64,000 nt of DNA from Octopus sinensis (GCF_006345805.1 NC_042999.1:54064001-54128000), one strand, 5' to 3'. Numbered from the stretch's first letter, positions 12,392 to 25,854 are shown. The notes: a model not told the origin generated them from the letters alone. Numbers and translations: made by a program.

Positions 12392-12433
12392 CACGACGTT
12401 TCGGCTCATATACCCTCCAGCCTTCATCAGGTG
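12392..12433 (-). ncRNA. Minimal type I hammerhead ribozyme
   Basis: cac CTGATGA a ggct-loop-agcc GAAAC GTC gtg; GUC cleavage triplet; palindromic ACGT helix III. Confidence 0.7.
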
Positions 12434-12784
12434 TCCTGTGGGAAATTCGAACGTGAGTTCTCATTTCTAAGGTATTTTTCCGATGTTAGTATTATTATTA
12501 TTATTATTATTATTCAGGTCACCACCTGGAATCGAACTCGGGATACATAGGGTTAGTAGCCCGCACTCTTAACCACTACGCCATATGCCTGTGGGCAAAT
12601 ATGGAGTGATTTTTAGGGCTTATCTAATATTTTCCTATCCTTCCTTAATACCGGTTCCCATATGCTACGCATATCTGTACTAGGTCGGCTTAGGAGGTTA
12701 TTATTATTATTATTATTCAGGTTACTGCCTGGAATGGAAGTCGGAATCTTGGGGTTCGAAACCCAGGTTCGAAATTCCCCCTGT

Positions 12785-12828
12785 ACATCTGATGAAGGCT
12801 GGAGAGTACATCAGCCGAAACGTTGTGT
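12785..12828 (+). ncRNA. Minimal type I hammerhead ribozyme
   Basis: acat CTGATGA a ggctg-loop-cagcc GAAAC GTT gtgt; GUU triplet. Confidence 0.65.
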
Positions 12829-12917
12829 TAACAATAAACAAGATGAGGACTAATATCCGTCAAATGTAAATAATGTAAATGATGTACAGAATTCCTCAAC
12901 TCTCAAATATAGACATA

Positions 12918-13856
12918 TATTCTTTTCTACTCTGGGTACAAGGCTCGAAATTTTTGGTGAGGAGGCCAGTCGATTATATCGACCCAGTACGCAACTGGCA
13001 CTTAATTTCGAAAGGACGAAAGGCAAAGTCGACCTCGGCGGAATTTGAACAAATAATGTAAAGACAGACAAAATACCGCTAAGTATTTCGTCCGGCGTGC
13101 TAACGCTTCTTATTTCTTTATTGCCCAGAAGGGGCTAAACAGGGGGGGGGGTCAAACAAGGACAGACAATGAGATTAAGTCGATTATATCGATCCCAGTG
13201 CGCAACTCGTACTTAATTTATCGACCCCGAAAGGATGAAAGGCAAAGTCGACCTCGGCGGAATTTGAACTCAGAACGTAACGGCAGACGAAATAACTATT
13301 TCTTTACTACCCACAAGGGGCTAAACACAGAGGGGACAAACAAGGACAGACAAACGCTAAGCATTTCACCCGGCGTGCTAATGTTTCTGCCAGCTCGCCG
13401 CCTTTACATTGACAAATATTTATTTTCTACTCAAAGTACAAAGCCCGAAATTTTTGGTGAGGAGGCCAATCGATTATATCGAACCCAGTACACAACTGGT
13501 ACTTAATTTATCGACCCCGAAAGGATGAAAGGCAAAGTCGACCTCGGCGGAATTTGAACTCAGAACGTAAAGACAGACGAAATACCGCTAAGTATTTCGC
13601 CCGGCCGGCGTGCTAACGCTTCTTATTTCTTTACTACCCACAAGGGGCTAAACACAGAGAGGACAAACAAGGACAGACAAACGGATTAAGTCGATTACAA
13701 CGACCCCAGTGCGTAACTGGTACTTATTTAATTGACCCCGAAAGGATGAAAGGCAAAGTCGGCCTCGGCTGAATTTGAACTCATAACGTAACGGCAGACG
13801 AAATACGGCTACGCATTTCGTCCGGCGTGCTAACGTTTCTGCCAGCTCACCGCCTT
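12918..13856 (-). mobile_element. Four head-to-tail tRNA-derived SINE copies (family 1)
   Basis: Repeated head GGCGGCGAGCTGGCAGAAACGTTAGC, B-box-like GAGTTCAAATTCC and shared body gtcgactttgcctttcatcctttcgggg. Confidence 0.85.
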
Positions 13857-14059
13857 ACCATGACACATATGATTTTAATTATTCGCTCACGTGCATGTGG
13901 CCAAGGGCATATTTACAGTTATCGATTCATATGCATCTATACTGCTTTATCTGTATGTTATTTATTTAGATATTGTTTATACTTGTAAATATTTCTATAG
14001 ACGGATATGCCAAAACTATCATAACCATGCATTCAGCTAGATATACCTTTCTTTATAGC

Positions 14060-14222
14060 AGGTGTGGCTGTGTTGTAAGAAGCTTGCTTCCCAACCACAT
14101 GGTTCCGGGTTCAGTCCCACTGCGTGGCACTTTGAGCAAGTGTCTTCTGCTATAGCCTTGAGCTGACCAAAACCTTGTGAGTGGATTTGGTAGGCGAAAA
14201 CTGAAAGAAGCCCGTCGTGTAT
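14060..14222 (+). mobile_element. tRNA-derived SINE (family 2), 5' part
   Basis: GGCTGTGTTGTAAGAAGC...GGTTCAGTCCC head, shared with 44887 and the copies at 43657 and 63343. Confidence 0.8.
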
Positions 14223-14410
14223 ATAGGGAAACAGTTCTTTCTTTATTTAACTGTTTTTTTATAAAAAAATAAATTTTTCCTATGTATGGTGACATTTGAA
14301 TCACCCTTTATAAAACTACTTCCGCTATCTACCTACACCACACCCAATTATCATTCTGCATAGTTCCACCTTCCAAAACCAAAAACCAAAACAAGTAGTC
14401 GTGTAAAGTA

Positions 14411-14452
14411 CAGTCTGACGACGGTGATGAAACCGAAACCTGCGGGTCACTG
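14411..14452 (+). ncRNA. Complete monomeric type I hammerhead ribozyme candidate
   Basis: cagt CTGACGA c ggt-gatgaa-acc GAAA cc-tgcg-gg TC actg; all three helices pair; GUC site with cleavage after 14448. Confidence 0.65.
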
Positions 14453-14802
14453 ATATCATTTTATACACACGCACGCACACACATATATATGTATGTATAA
14501 ATCACAGACTCGCCCGTCGTTCGACGATGTATGGGGGTTCTGCAGTTTCTTGCTGAACAACCACAGAGATGATTTGTTTATATTGCTCAAATGTTTCTGC
14601 TCACATAATCTCAAGCACTCCATCAAATTGACATTATATACACACACATATATACATAAAAATATACGTATGTATGTATATTGTGGACCAGTATATTACT
14701 GGTTATAGTATATAACTGATCAGTAAGTTACCGTCGGTTTCGCACAGATGATTGCACTTGACAATATTGATGACTCTTTACCACCTTTTTTCGTGTTAAG
14801 TG

Positions 14803-14863
<61 letters not shown>

Positions 14864-15209
14864 TAATGTAGGATGAAATTTTTTTCGAAAAAATTTTTTA
14901 TCAATGGCTAGCATATCAAAAAAATACCTTTAAAGGTTAAATGTATAATTAACAAACAAAATAAGGCCAAAAGAAAAATTCTAATGCCAAATATGCCGAA
15001 AAACGACAAGATTGTCAATAACCATTATAATTTATGCGTCTCGAAACATGCCGATAGAAATTTCTAAAAAAATTCCGTTATTTCCGTATTGGTCCCAATT
15101 TCGGGGTTAATTCATAAGAATTTTTCACTCGTCAGCGATAAATACGTAAGACATAAATGTAAATACTTACTCATACCCATGGAAAAAGCAAGCACTAAGT
15201 TCTGAGCAC

Positions 15210-18200
15210 ACCTAAGTACCCCAAATTTATCCAAAATAGAAAATCTTCAGCACATCTCGACACACGTGATTCGATCAAGAAACTTTCACAGAGTTTAAAA
15301 GTATTTTTTGATATGCTGGCCATTGATACAATTTTTTTCGAAAAAATTTTTATCCTACATTAGTTATAAATTTAATAGTGTTCACTTCCGGAATCCCTCA
15401 CTCTGTGAAAGTTTCTAGATCCCCATCTTCCCCTTACATCCTCTAAAATGTTGAAAATTTCGACCTCACCTTCCTAACCTTCACCCTCTCAAATTCCTGT
15501 CTCTGGAATGTTGAAGATTTCTACCTCCCCATACTCCCATTCAATATCTGAAATCCCCCTCTCTGGAATGTGGAAGATTTCTACCTCCTCTTCAAGGGCC
15601 TATATAGTGTATATAGACTCAGGGGTCTATATAAGAACATATAGTGTATATTGGTCCAGGGGGCCTAGATTATAGAGACACTTGTTCCTATATACAGAAT
15701 ATAGTCCAAGGGGCTTATAAAGTGTATATAGGTCCAGGGGCCTATATAATGTGTATAGGCTCAGGGGGCCTATTGTGTATATAGGCCCAGCGATACTATA
15801 GTGTATATAGGCCCACGTTGCCTATATACACTATATTGGACCAGGGGGCCTATATCGACTACACAGACTCCCTATCCCTATATGGATTTGTTGAAAATTT
15901 TGAAAAACTGTTACAGGATTTTGGTGAAAATTTTGAAACACTTTCGGAAGGAATTTGATGAAAATTTTCAAAACTTTTAGAGGATTTTGGTGAAAATTTT
16001 GAAAAACTTTTCAAAGGAATATGATGAAAAATTGCAAAAATATATACGCTCGCGGGTCCTTTTTAGGCTATTTCGCGCCTCACCGGTACGTTATAAGCTA
16101 TATAGGCCCAGAGTCCTATGCAATCTATATAGGCCCCTACTCGGCCTATATTTTCTATATTGGCACTCATTCCTATGAAGTCTCCTAACTTATATAGTCT
16201 CCTAAGTAACACCTGGGCCTATATTGCCACTTCTGCACCTATATAGGATTTTGATGAAAATTTTGAAAAAATATTTAAAAGGAATTTCATGAAACTTTTG
16301 AAAATCATTTCAATGGAATTTGATAAAAATTTTAAAAACTTTCCAAAGTGTTCCATGAAAATTCTGAAAATTTTGATAAAACTTTTCAGTGTTTCACGAA
16401 ATTTTTTACAAATTTTGATCAAATTCCTTTAAAATGTTTTTTAAAATTCACAACGAATTCTTTTGAAAGGCTTTTCAAAATTTTCATCAAATTTCTTAGA
16501 AAAGTTTGTCAAAATTTTCACAAAAATCCTCTAAAAGTCTTTCAAAATTTTTATCATATTCCGTGGAAAACTTTTTCAAAATTTTCCTCCAAATTCTTTG
16601 AAATGTTTGTCAAAATTTTCACCAAAATTCTCTAAAAGTTATTCAAAATTTTCATGAAATCTATGTAGGGACATGAGGGCTGTATAGTGTAGCTATATAC
16701 AATATAGGGCCCCTGTGCCTATATACATTATATAGGCACCTAGGCCAATATACGCTATATAGTGTATATATGGAGAAGGTCGTGTATAGTCTAGGTTCCA
16801 AGGTCAAATATACACTATTGGCCCCCTAGGCCTGTATTCTTTATATAAGCCCCTGTGTCTTTATACACTTAACCCATTGGCCTATATAGGGACAAGTGCC
16901 TGTATAGTGCAGGCCTCCTGGGCCTATAGTGCAGGCCTCCTGGGCCTATAGTGCAGGCCCCCTGGGCCTATCTACCTTATATAGGCCCTCGAATCTATAT
17001 ACACTATATAGGCCCATGGGCCTATATAGTGTATAGGCCTCTGGGCCTATATACACTATATTGTGCATATTTTCCCATACTGAATGAGCCTATATAGCCT
17101 CTGAAAAAAAATGGGTCTATATTGCAACTTCTGCACCTGTATAGGATACGGAGGAAAATTTTGTAAGCATCTTCAATTGATTTTCCTGCAAATTTCTGAA
17201 AAACTTTTCAAAGGGATATGATGAAAAATTGCAAAAATATATACGCTCGCGGGTCCTTTTTAGGCTATTTCGCGCCTCACCGGTACGTTATAAGCTATAT
17301 AGGCCCAGAGTCCTATGCAATCTATATAGGCCCCTACTCGGCCTATATTTTCTATATTGGCACTCATGCGTATAAAGTCTCCTAACTTATATAGTCTCCT
17401 AAGCAGACTCTAGTAACACCTGGGCCTATATTGCCACTTCTGCACCTATATAGGATTTTGATGAAAATTTTGAAAAAATATTTAAAAGGAATTTCATGAA
17501 ACTTTTGAAAAACATTTCAATGGAATTTGATAAAAATTTTTAAAACTTTCCAAAGTGTTCCATGAAAATTCTGAAAAAATTTCGAGAAGCGTTTGATGAA
17601 AATTTTGATAAAAATTTTCAGTGATTCACGAAATTTTTTTCAAAAATTTCATCAAATACCTTTGAAAAGTTTTACAAAATTTTGATCAAATTCCTTAAAA
17701 ATGTTTTTTAAAATTCTCATCGAATTCTTTTGAAAGAGGCCTCTTGGCCTATATACAGTATACGGGCATCTGGGCATATAGAGATTATATAGGGACAAGT
17801 GCCTGTATAGTGCAGGCCTCCTGGTCCACTATGTTCTATAAGCCCCTGGGCCTATCTACATTATATAGGCCCTCGAATCTATATACACTTTATAGGCCTA
17901 TACACTGTATAGGCCTCTGGACTTATATACACTATATTGTGCATATTTGCCCATACTGAATGAGCCTATATAGCCTCTGAAAAAAAAATGGGTCTATATT
18001 GCAACTTCTGCACCTGTATAGGATACGGATGAAAATTTTCAAAGCATTTTCAATTGATTTTCCTGCAAATTTCTGCAAATTTCGAAGGATTATGATGAAA
18101 AATTGCAAAATTATATACGCCCACGGGTCCTTTTTAGGCTATTTCGCGCCCCACCGGTATGTTATAAGCTAAATAGGCCCAGGGTCTTATTCAATCTATA

Positions 18201-19646
18201 TAGGTCTCAACTCGGCCTATATTGTCTATATTGGCACCCATAGGTATAATTAGCTTATATAGTCTCCTAAGCAGACTCTAGTAACACCTGGGCCTATATT
18301 GCCACTTCTGCACCCGTATAGGATTTTGATGAAAAGTTTGAAAAAATATTTAAAAGGAATTTTATGAAACTTTTGAAAAACATTTCAATGAAATTTGATG
18401 AAAATTTTCAAAACTTTCCAAAGTGTTCCATGAAAATTCTGAAAAAATTTCGAGAAGCGTTTGATGAAAATTTTGATAAAACTTTTCATTGTTACGCGAA
18501 ATTTTTTACAAAATTTTCATGAATTCCTTTGAAAGTTTTCAAAATTTTCATTCCAATTACTTGGAAGTGTTTTTCAAAATTTTCACATAAATTCCTTTGG
18601 AAAGTTTGTCGAAATTTTCACCAAAATCCTCTTAAATTACTTCAAAATTTTCCTCAAAGTCCTTTGAAAGTTTCTTCAAAATTTTCCTCAAATTCCTTCG
18701 CAAAGTTTGTCGAAATTTTCACCAAAATCCTCTATAAGATTTTCAAAATTTTCCTCATATTCCTTAGAAGCGTTTTACAAAAGTTTCCTCGAATTCCTTT
18801 GAAATGTTTGTCAAAATTTCCATCAAATTTCTTCGAACGGTTTTTCAAAATTTTCTACAAATCCCTTTGATAAGTTTTTCAAAATTTTCACCAAAATCCT
18901 CTAAAAGTTTTGAAAATTTTCATCAAATTCCTTCCGAAAGTGTTTCAAAATTTTCACCAAAATCCTGTAACAGTTTTTCAAAATTTTCAACAAATCCATA
19001 TAGGGACAGGGAGTCTGTGTAGTCTATATAGGCCCCCTGGTCCAATATAGTGTATATAGGCAACGTGGGCCTATATACACTATAGTATCGCTGGGCCTAT
19101 ATACACTATAGGCCCCCTGAGCCTATACACATTATATAGGCCCCTGGACCTATATACACTTTATAAGCCCCGTGGACTATATTCTGTATATAGGAACAAG
19201 TGTCTCTATAATCTAGGCCCCCTGGACCAATATACACTATATGTTCTTATATAGACCCCTGAGTCTATATACACTATATAGGCCCTTGAAGAGAGGGGGA
19301 TTTCAGATATTGAATGGGAGTAAGGGAAGGTAGAAATCTTCAACATTCCAGAGACAGGAATTTGAGAGGGTGAAGGTTAGGAAGGTGAGGTCGAAATTTT
19401 CAACATTTTAGAGGATGTAAGGGGAAGATGGGGATCTAGAAACTTTCACAGCGTGAGGGATTCCGGAAGTGAACACTATTAAATTTATAACTAATGTAGG
19501 ATAAAAATTTTTTCGAAAAAAATTTTATCAATGGCCAGCATATCAAAAAATACTTTTAAACTCTGTGAAAGTTTCTTGATCGAATCACGTGTCTCGAGAT
19601 GTGTTGAAGATTTTCTATTTTGGATAAATTTGGGGTACTTAGGTCT
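15210..19646. mobile_element. Fold-back element with inverted arms of about 800 bp and a modular interior
   Basis: About 15210-16010 is the reverse complement of about 18865-19646; the interior has roughly 34-bp AAAATTTT units and GGCCTATATA modules. Confidence 0.75.
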
Positions 19647-20142
19647 CTAATGTATATAGAGACACGTGTCTGTATAGTCTAAATATGATTGCAGTGCCTG
19701 TATGCACTATAGACCCCCTTGGCCTATATACATTATATAGGCCTCTTGGCCTATATGCAGTATACAGGCATCTGGGCATATAGAGAGTATATAGGGACAA
19801 GTGCCTCTATATTGCAGGCCTCCTGGTCCACTATGTACTATAAGCCCCCTGGGCCTGTCTACATTATATAGGCCCCTGAGCCTATATACACTATATAGGC
19901 CTATGGGCCTATATACACTGTATAGTGCATATTCGCCCATATTGAATGAACCTATATAGCCTCTGAAAAAAAAACCTGGGTCTATATTGCAACTTCTGCA
20001 CCTGCATAGGATGCGGATGAAAATTTTCAAAGCATTTTCAAATGATTTTCCTGCAAATTTCTTTTTTTATTTTCTCTTTCATTTGTGTGTATTGTGTCTT
20101 ATCTAGTTCATGGATTCCTAAATTTTGGTGAAAATTTTGAAA

Positions 20143-22201
20143 AACTTTTCAAAGGAATATGATGAAAAATTGCAAAAATATATACGCTCGCGGGTCCTTT
20201 TTAGGCTATTTCGCGCCTCACCGGTACGTTATAAGCTATATAGGCCCAGAGTCCTATGCAATCTATATAGGCCCAGAGTCCTATGCAATCTATATAGGCC
20301 CCTACTCGGCCTATATTTTCTATATTGGCACTCATTCCTATGAAGTCTCCTAACTTATATAGTCTCCTAAGTAACACCTGGGCCTATATTGCCACTTCTG
20401 CACCTATATAGGATTTTGATGAAAATTTTGAAAAAATATTTAAAAGGAATTTCATGAAACTTTTGAAAATCATTTCAATGGAATTTGATAAAAATTTTTA
20501 AAACTTTCCAAAGTGTTCCATGAAAATTCTGAAAATTTTGATAAAACTTTTCAGTGTTTCACGAAATTTTTTACAAATTTTGATCAAATTCCTTTAAAAT
20601 GTTTTTTAAAATTCACAACGAATTCTTTTGAAAGGCTTTTCAAAATTTTCATCAAATTTCTTAGAAAAGTTTGTCAAAATTTTCACAAAAATCCTCTAAA
20701 AGTCTTTCAAAATTTTTATCATATTCCGTGGAAAACTTTTTCAAAATTTTCCTCCAAATTCTTTGAAATGTTTGTCAAAATTTTCACCAAAATTCTCTAA
20801 AAGTTATTCAAAATTTTCATGAAATCTATGTAGGGACATGAGGGCTGTATAGTGTAGCTATATACAATATAGGGCCCCTGTGCCTATATACATTATATAG
20901 GCACCTAGGCCAATATACGCTATATAGTGTATATATGGAGAAGGTCGTGTATAGTCTAGGTTCCAAGGTCAAATATACACTATTGGCCCCCTAGGCCTGT
21001 ATTCTTTATATAAGCCCCTGTGTCTTTATACACTTAACCCATTGGCCTATATAGGGACAAGTGCCTGTATAGTGCAGGCCTCCTGGTCCACTATGTGCTA
21101 TAAGCCCCCTGGGCCTATCTACCTTATATAGGCCCTCGAATCTATATATATACTATATAGGCCCATGGGCCTATATAGTGTATAGGCCTCTGGGCCTATA
21201 TACACACTATTGTGCATATTTTCCCATACTGAATGAGCCTATATAGCCTCTGAAAAAAAATGGGTCTATATTGCAACTTCTGCACCTGTATAGGATACGG
21301 AGGAAAATTTTGTAAGCATCTTCAATTGATTTTCCTGCAAATTTCTGAAAAACTTTTCAAAGGGATATGATGAAAAATTGCAAAAATATATACGCTCGCG
21401 GGTCCTTTTTAGGCTATTTCGCGCCTCACCGGTACGTTATAAGCTATATAGGCCCAGAGTCCTATGCAATCTATATAGGCCCCTACTCGGCCTATATTTT
21501 CTATATTGGCACTCATGCGTATAAAGTCTCCTAACTTATATAGTCTCCTAAGCAGACTCTAGTAACACCTGGGCCTATATTGCCACTTCTGCACCTATAT
21601 AGGATTTTGATGAAAATTTTGAAAAAATATTTAAAAGGAATTTCATGAAACTTTTGAAAAACATTTCAATGGAATTTGATAAAAATTTTAAAAACTTTCC
21701 AAAGTGTTCCATGAAAATTCTGAAAAAATTTCGAGAAGCGTTTGATGAAAATTTTGATAAAAATTTTCAGTGATTCACGAAATTTTTTTCAAAAATTTCA
21801 TCAAATACCTTTGAAAAGTTTTACAAAATTTTGATCAAATTCCTTAAAAATGTTTTTTAAAATTCTCATCGAATTCTTTTGAAAGAGGCCTCTTGGCCTA
21901 TATACAGTATACGGGCATCTGGGCATATAGAGATTATATAGGGACAAGTGCCTGTATAGTGCAGGCCTCCTGGTCCACTATGTTCTATAAGCCCCTGGGC
22001 CTATCTACATTATATAGGCCCTCGAATCTATATACACTTTATAGGCCTATACACTGTATAGGCCTCTGGACTTATATACACTATATTGTGCATATTTGCC
22101 CATACTGAATGAGCCTATATAGCCTCTGAAAAAAAAATGGGTCTATATTGCAACTTCTGCACCTGTATAGGATACGGATGAAAATTTTCAAAGCATTTTC
22201 A
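20143..22201 (+). repeat. Near-identical direct duplicate of 15985-18051
   Basis: Identical ORF translations: 16348..16635 = 20513..20800 and 17744..17959 = 21893..22108. Confidence 0.9.
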
Positions 22202-22228
22202 GTTCTATTTGGTATATCAGATAGAGGT

Positions 22229-22229
22229 G

Positions 22230-22277
<48 letters not shown>

Positions 22278-22745
22278 CTGTAACCTCATTGTTAATATGT
22301 AGTTGATGTTACTGCTCTTCAGTACTGAAATTTGTAAACATGTTCTACAAAATTTCATAATTATTTTTCAATATTTTTTCCTTTCCTTTAGAGGAGGAGA
22401 AAGTATATCTTACAAACAAGAATTATGTTTATTTCTGGAATAACGAGAAAAACAACAACAACAACAAAACGATAGAAATGCTACTTTTGTGATTGTTGTT
22501 GAATAAATATTTGTTTGTGTTTTGTTTGTGTACGTCAGCCGGCATTGATTAAAGAAGAAGAAAGAGAAAGAAAGCGCTGACGTAGAAATGCTAACCTTGT
22601 CAGCGTTTACAATATGGCAAAAATATTAGACAAAACATTTTTGTAGTAGTAGTAGTAGTAGTAGTAGTATTTGAAGTAGTAGTAGTAGTAGCAGCAGCAG
22701 CAGTAGCTGTTATTGTTGTAGGAGCAGCATCATTATTATTATTAT

Positions 22746-22790
<45 letters not shown>

Positions 22791-22791
22791 C

Positions 22792-22831
<40 letters not shown>
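22229..22831. repeat. (ATT)n, (CAA)n and (GTA)n/(GCA)n microsatellites
   Basis: Direct reading. Confidence 0.9.
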
Positions 22832-23189
22832 ATGACTTCTGCAGTCAACAGCATCAGTGGTTGCAGTAATCAAGTTGTAAAGAATAGAGAACGTTTCCCG
22901 TTACGGAAAAGAGAGAGAAAGAAATACTTTAGCATTAAGGGAGAAATGTTGGCGTTTTGGGTTAGTTCTCCACACAGAGTAGAAGCAGAAGAGGTGGAGA
23001 AATATATATTCGAATAAAACAGACAAGGAGATGTAAGCAAGATGTCGGCAAATGACGATTGTTGTACGCAGGTCGAAGATTGGACTATTCAGGAGGGTGC
23101 AGTGTAAGGTATCGAAGAATCTATGTAATGTGTGGTTCTGATACCTTTTTTGAGAGAATTGTGGTGACGGTATTTGTGTTGGCGTATGT

Positions 23190-23530
23190 TGCTAGAGATA
23201 AACATGAGTCGTTTGGCTGCAACATATGAACAACAACAGACGTCCCGTGCGAAGGTGGAAGGTTAGTTGTTGTTCACGTTGTAACCGAGATATGGGAGAA
23301 GTATGGTGTAAGACATTCCTGCAGAGTTGAAGTGAGGTATGGCTGAGGTCGTTGATGTGGTGAGCTACAGGAGATCCAGTGTTCTCTAAACAGCCGGCCA
23401 CATAGTCGGCTTTCTATACAAGAGAAAATATTTCTGAGATGAAGGTTCAGGTAGGAAGGATGAGTTGTTAAATACTGCTGGGGTAATGGTGTAATGAAGG
23501 TACAAGTGTAGCCGCGGGTTTGGAAAGAGA
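23190..23530 (-). mobile_element. Degenerate Penelope GIY-YIG fragment
   Basis: Translations contain YTCT...NIFSCI..LCG, ENTGSPVAHHIN and REQQLTFHL, resembling a PLE GIY-YIG C-terminus. Confidence 0.45.
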
Positions 23531-25409
23531 TATAAATTTCGAGCCGAGTGTGTGCAGGGGCTCTTCCCTTGCTCAAGAATTTTTTTCTGTCTTCATTCTT
23601 TTCCTACTACATAGACCACAATCTGAAGCTTGAAACCTCTCTATTTCTTCCTCACAATATACAAATAACTACATACAATATATTTTTATTCTCTGTGTTT
23701 GCTCGCTCGCGCATTCTTTTCGGTATTTTTTCATGTTCCGTTTGTTCTTGATACATTCTCGCTAGACTGGCCATCAATCGGGCACGGTCAACCAGTCAGG
23801 TTATCGAATTATGATCAAGTCAGATTACACGAAAACTACAAGGTGTTTTTGAGAAGCTGATAATTTCTAATATAAATACATATATATTCATGTAATTATG
23901 CTAACACACACACACAATTCACACAGATTAAAACACACAAGATTGTATAAGATAGACTGTGTGTCTGTGTGTGTGTTTGCGTGTGTGTGCGTGTATTTAT
24001 TTGTTAACTGCTTCAAATGTTTGTAGTGTGTCGCCACTGGCTGACATCGACTTCTTTCAACATTATTGATTCAGAGAAAGATTTTTCAAATCAACTTTTA
24101 ATATTTTTATCAATGTTCGTTAATTATCGCTGTTGTCATTTATCTTGAGGTCAAAGTTCATTGAACTGACCTATGATCAAAAGTATTGCAGCCGTGACCA
24201 TCCCATCTGGTGTCGGATATCTAAAACTACTTTGCATAATGTGGCCTTCCTTAGTTACAATTTCATTTGAGGAAGAATGTTGCTGTCATTTCTAACAGTT
24301 CGATCAATCACTTTGATGATCTTTCATTGATTAATTGCAAAGAATGGTGATCTGGTACTGCTAACTTTGGTAGGTTGTAATGAATGGAGGAGATTCAGTG
24401 CTTCTAGCATCGCCTAGTAGTAATGAAAAGTGAGTTCAAGTTGCGAACGTTGGTGAGTTGTGGTGAATAAGTATTTAATGGCATCAACGTTGGTTCGGTT
24501 TAATGATTGGAGATTTTAGCGTTGCTAACGTTTGCTGATACAATTGATTGGTGATTTAGTGTGACACATCAAATACATGAATCGTTCCTACTAAGGAATA
24601 TTTCACGAGGTAACTCTATCGAACTTTTAATAATTACGAGTATTGTGTTCTTTATTTTCGTCTTCATAAATGGTTTGGAATGTTGCGAACATTCCAAAGG
24701 AAGGTCACTACTGTGTTTATACAGGGGAAAAAAACCATGATTGTTCTTCTTCATGTCTATATTTGACAAAAGCAGCCAACACGGAAGAGATTTGCATTGA
24801 TTTAGATCCGTCAAATTTCGTAAATCTGCATCAATCTCTCTTATGTAAACATTTACTGCACCAAAGATGGAACCAAGGGATTTTATACTTAGGAATCAAT
24901 TATGTGCTTTTTTCCAATTCTAATATTAAATCATTCACAGACTTGTAGCCAGGTAGAAAGAAAATTGATGCTACTAGATGGTATAAACTTTTGTTAAAAT
25001 CTACGCTGTTTGTTGGAAATAACGCAACGAAAGAACATTTTTAAACATTCTTATAAAACAATTTTATAAGAAACCTTAAAACAATAATCTTACTCAAAGT
25101 TTGGTGATCGAACTGATTAGAAATATTGTTTTGGTTCTATTTCCTCTACACAAAAAATTGTTGTTGATCCCCGGTGCTGACATATTTCAGTCTTAAAAGA
25201 CTTTGCAGATATGAACAACTGAGACGACACCACGGTTCTAGATCAAGAAGTTTATCATGAAAAACTGCTCCATGGTGGTGTAGAGGGCTGGACATTAGAT
25301 TATAACGTCACCGCGAGTCTCTTTATGTTTGTTACACCGTGGTATAATAAAAGGGAAGATGCTAGAATAATGTTCAGGATTGAGGCTGATATTGGCTTCG
25401 ACTTTTAGC

Positions 25410-25600
25410 ACCAGGACGGTAATTTCGAGAGAGGGTGTAAATCATTCACATCGACGCCAGTGCTTAACTGGTGTTTCCTTTATCGATGCCGAAGTGATAG
25501 AAGGCAAAGTCGTTCTCGTTGGAATTTGAACTCAGAGATTGGAAAACCGCTAAGCAATTTGCCCGATGCGGTAACGATTCTGCCAGTTCGCCGCTATAGA
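25410..25600 (-). mobile_element. Degenerate family 1 SINE
   Basis: aaggcaaagtcg...ggaatttgaactcag...ctgccagttcgccgc. Confidence 0.7.
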
Positions 25601-25611
25601 CCGAGATAAAT

Positions 25612-25832
25612 AAAGAAATCCCTCATCTATCGCGGGTGTTACGTTCCAAAAAACTCCGTGATAGGTGAAAATCCGCGAAGTAGAAACAGTACTGTATATT
25701 TTTTTTAATTATTTTTTAATTTGTATATATTTATTTTATTATAAAATGCAAAACAACACCACGGAGAAATTGACGTAAGCTTAAATAATAAACCGTGATA
25801 GGTGAACCGCGTTATGGCGAGGGATTACTGTA
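25612..25832. mobile_element. Tigger/pogo-like MITE
   Basis: Right end GCGAGGGATTACTG|TA (CAGT-type TIR) and a degenerate left end aatccctcatctatcgcggg. Confidence 0.55.
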
Positions 25833-25854
25833 TTAACAATATGGATGAGCAGAA

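Larger units (their letters stand above)
12321..12880. mobile_element. Penelope-like pLTR composite: inverted hammerhead-bearing units around a tRNA-like sequence
   Basis: About 12321-12480 (-) and 12753-12880 (+) are inverted diverged copies; tRNA-like segment at 12513-12588 (-) with (TTA)n; a related remnant lies at 62350-62450. Confidence 0.7.

Noticed and set aside
12513-12588. Possible genuine tRNA gene with ACT anticodon
   Set aside because: Acceptor and anticodon stems pair poorly and it sits within a repeat unit; treated as tRNA-derived.
14714-14765. Minus-strand GAAACCGACGGTA resembling hammerhead helix III
   Set aside because: No CUGANGA box and no helix I partner in position.
15085-15140. 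Minus-strand CTGACGA...GAAA with an AUA site
   Set aside because: Helix II has only one basal pair and helix I is weak; likely chance.
15987-22108. F/K/I-rich ORFs in the fold-back region
   Set aside because: Products of AAAATTTT and GGCCTATATA repeats; no domain motifs.
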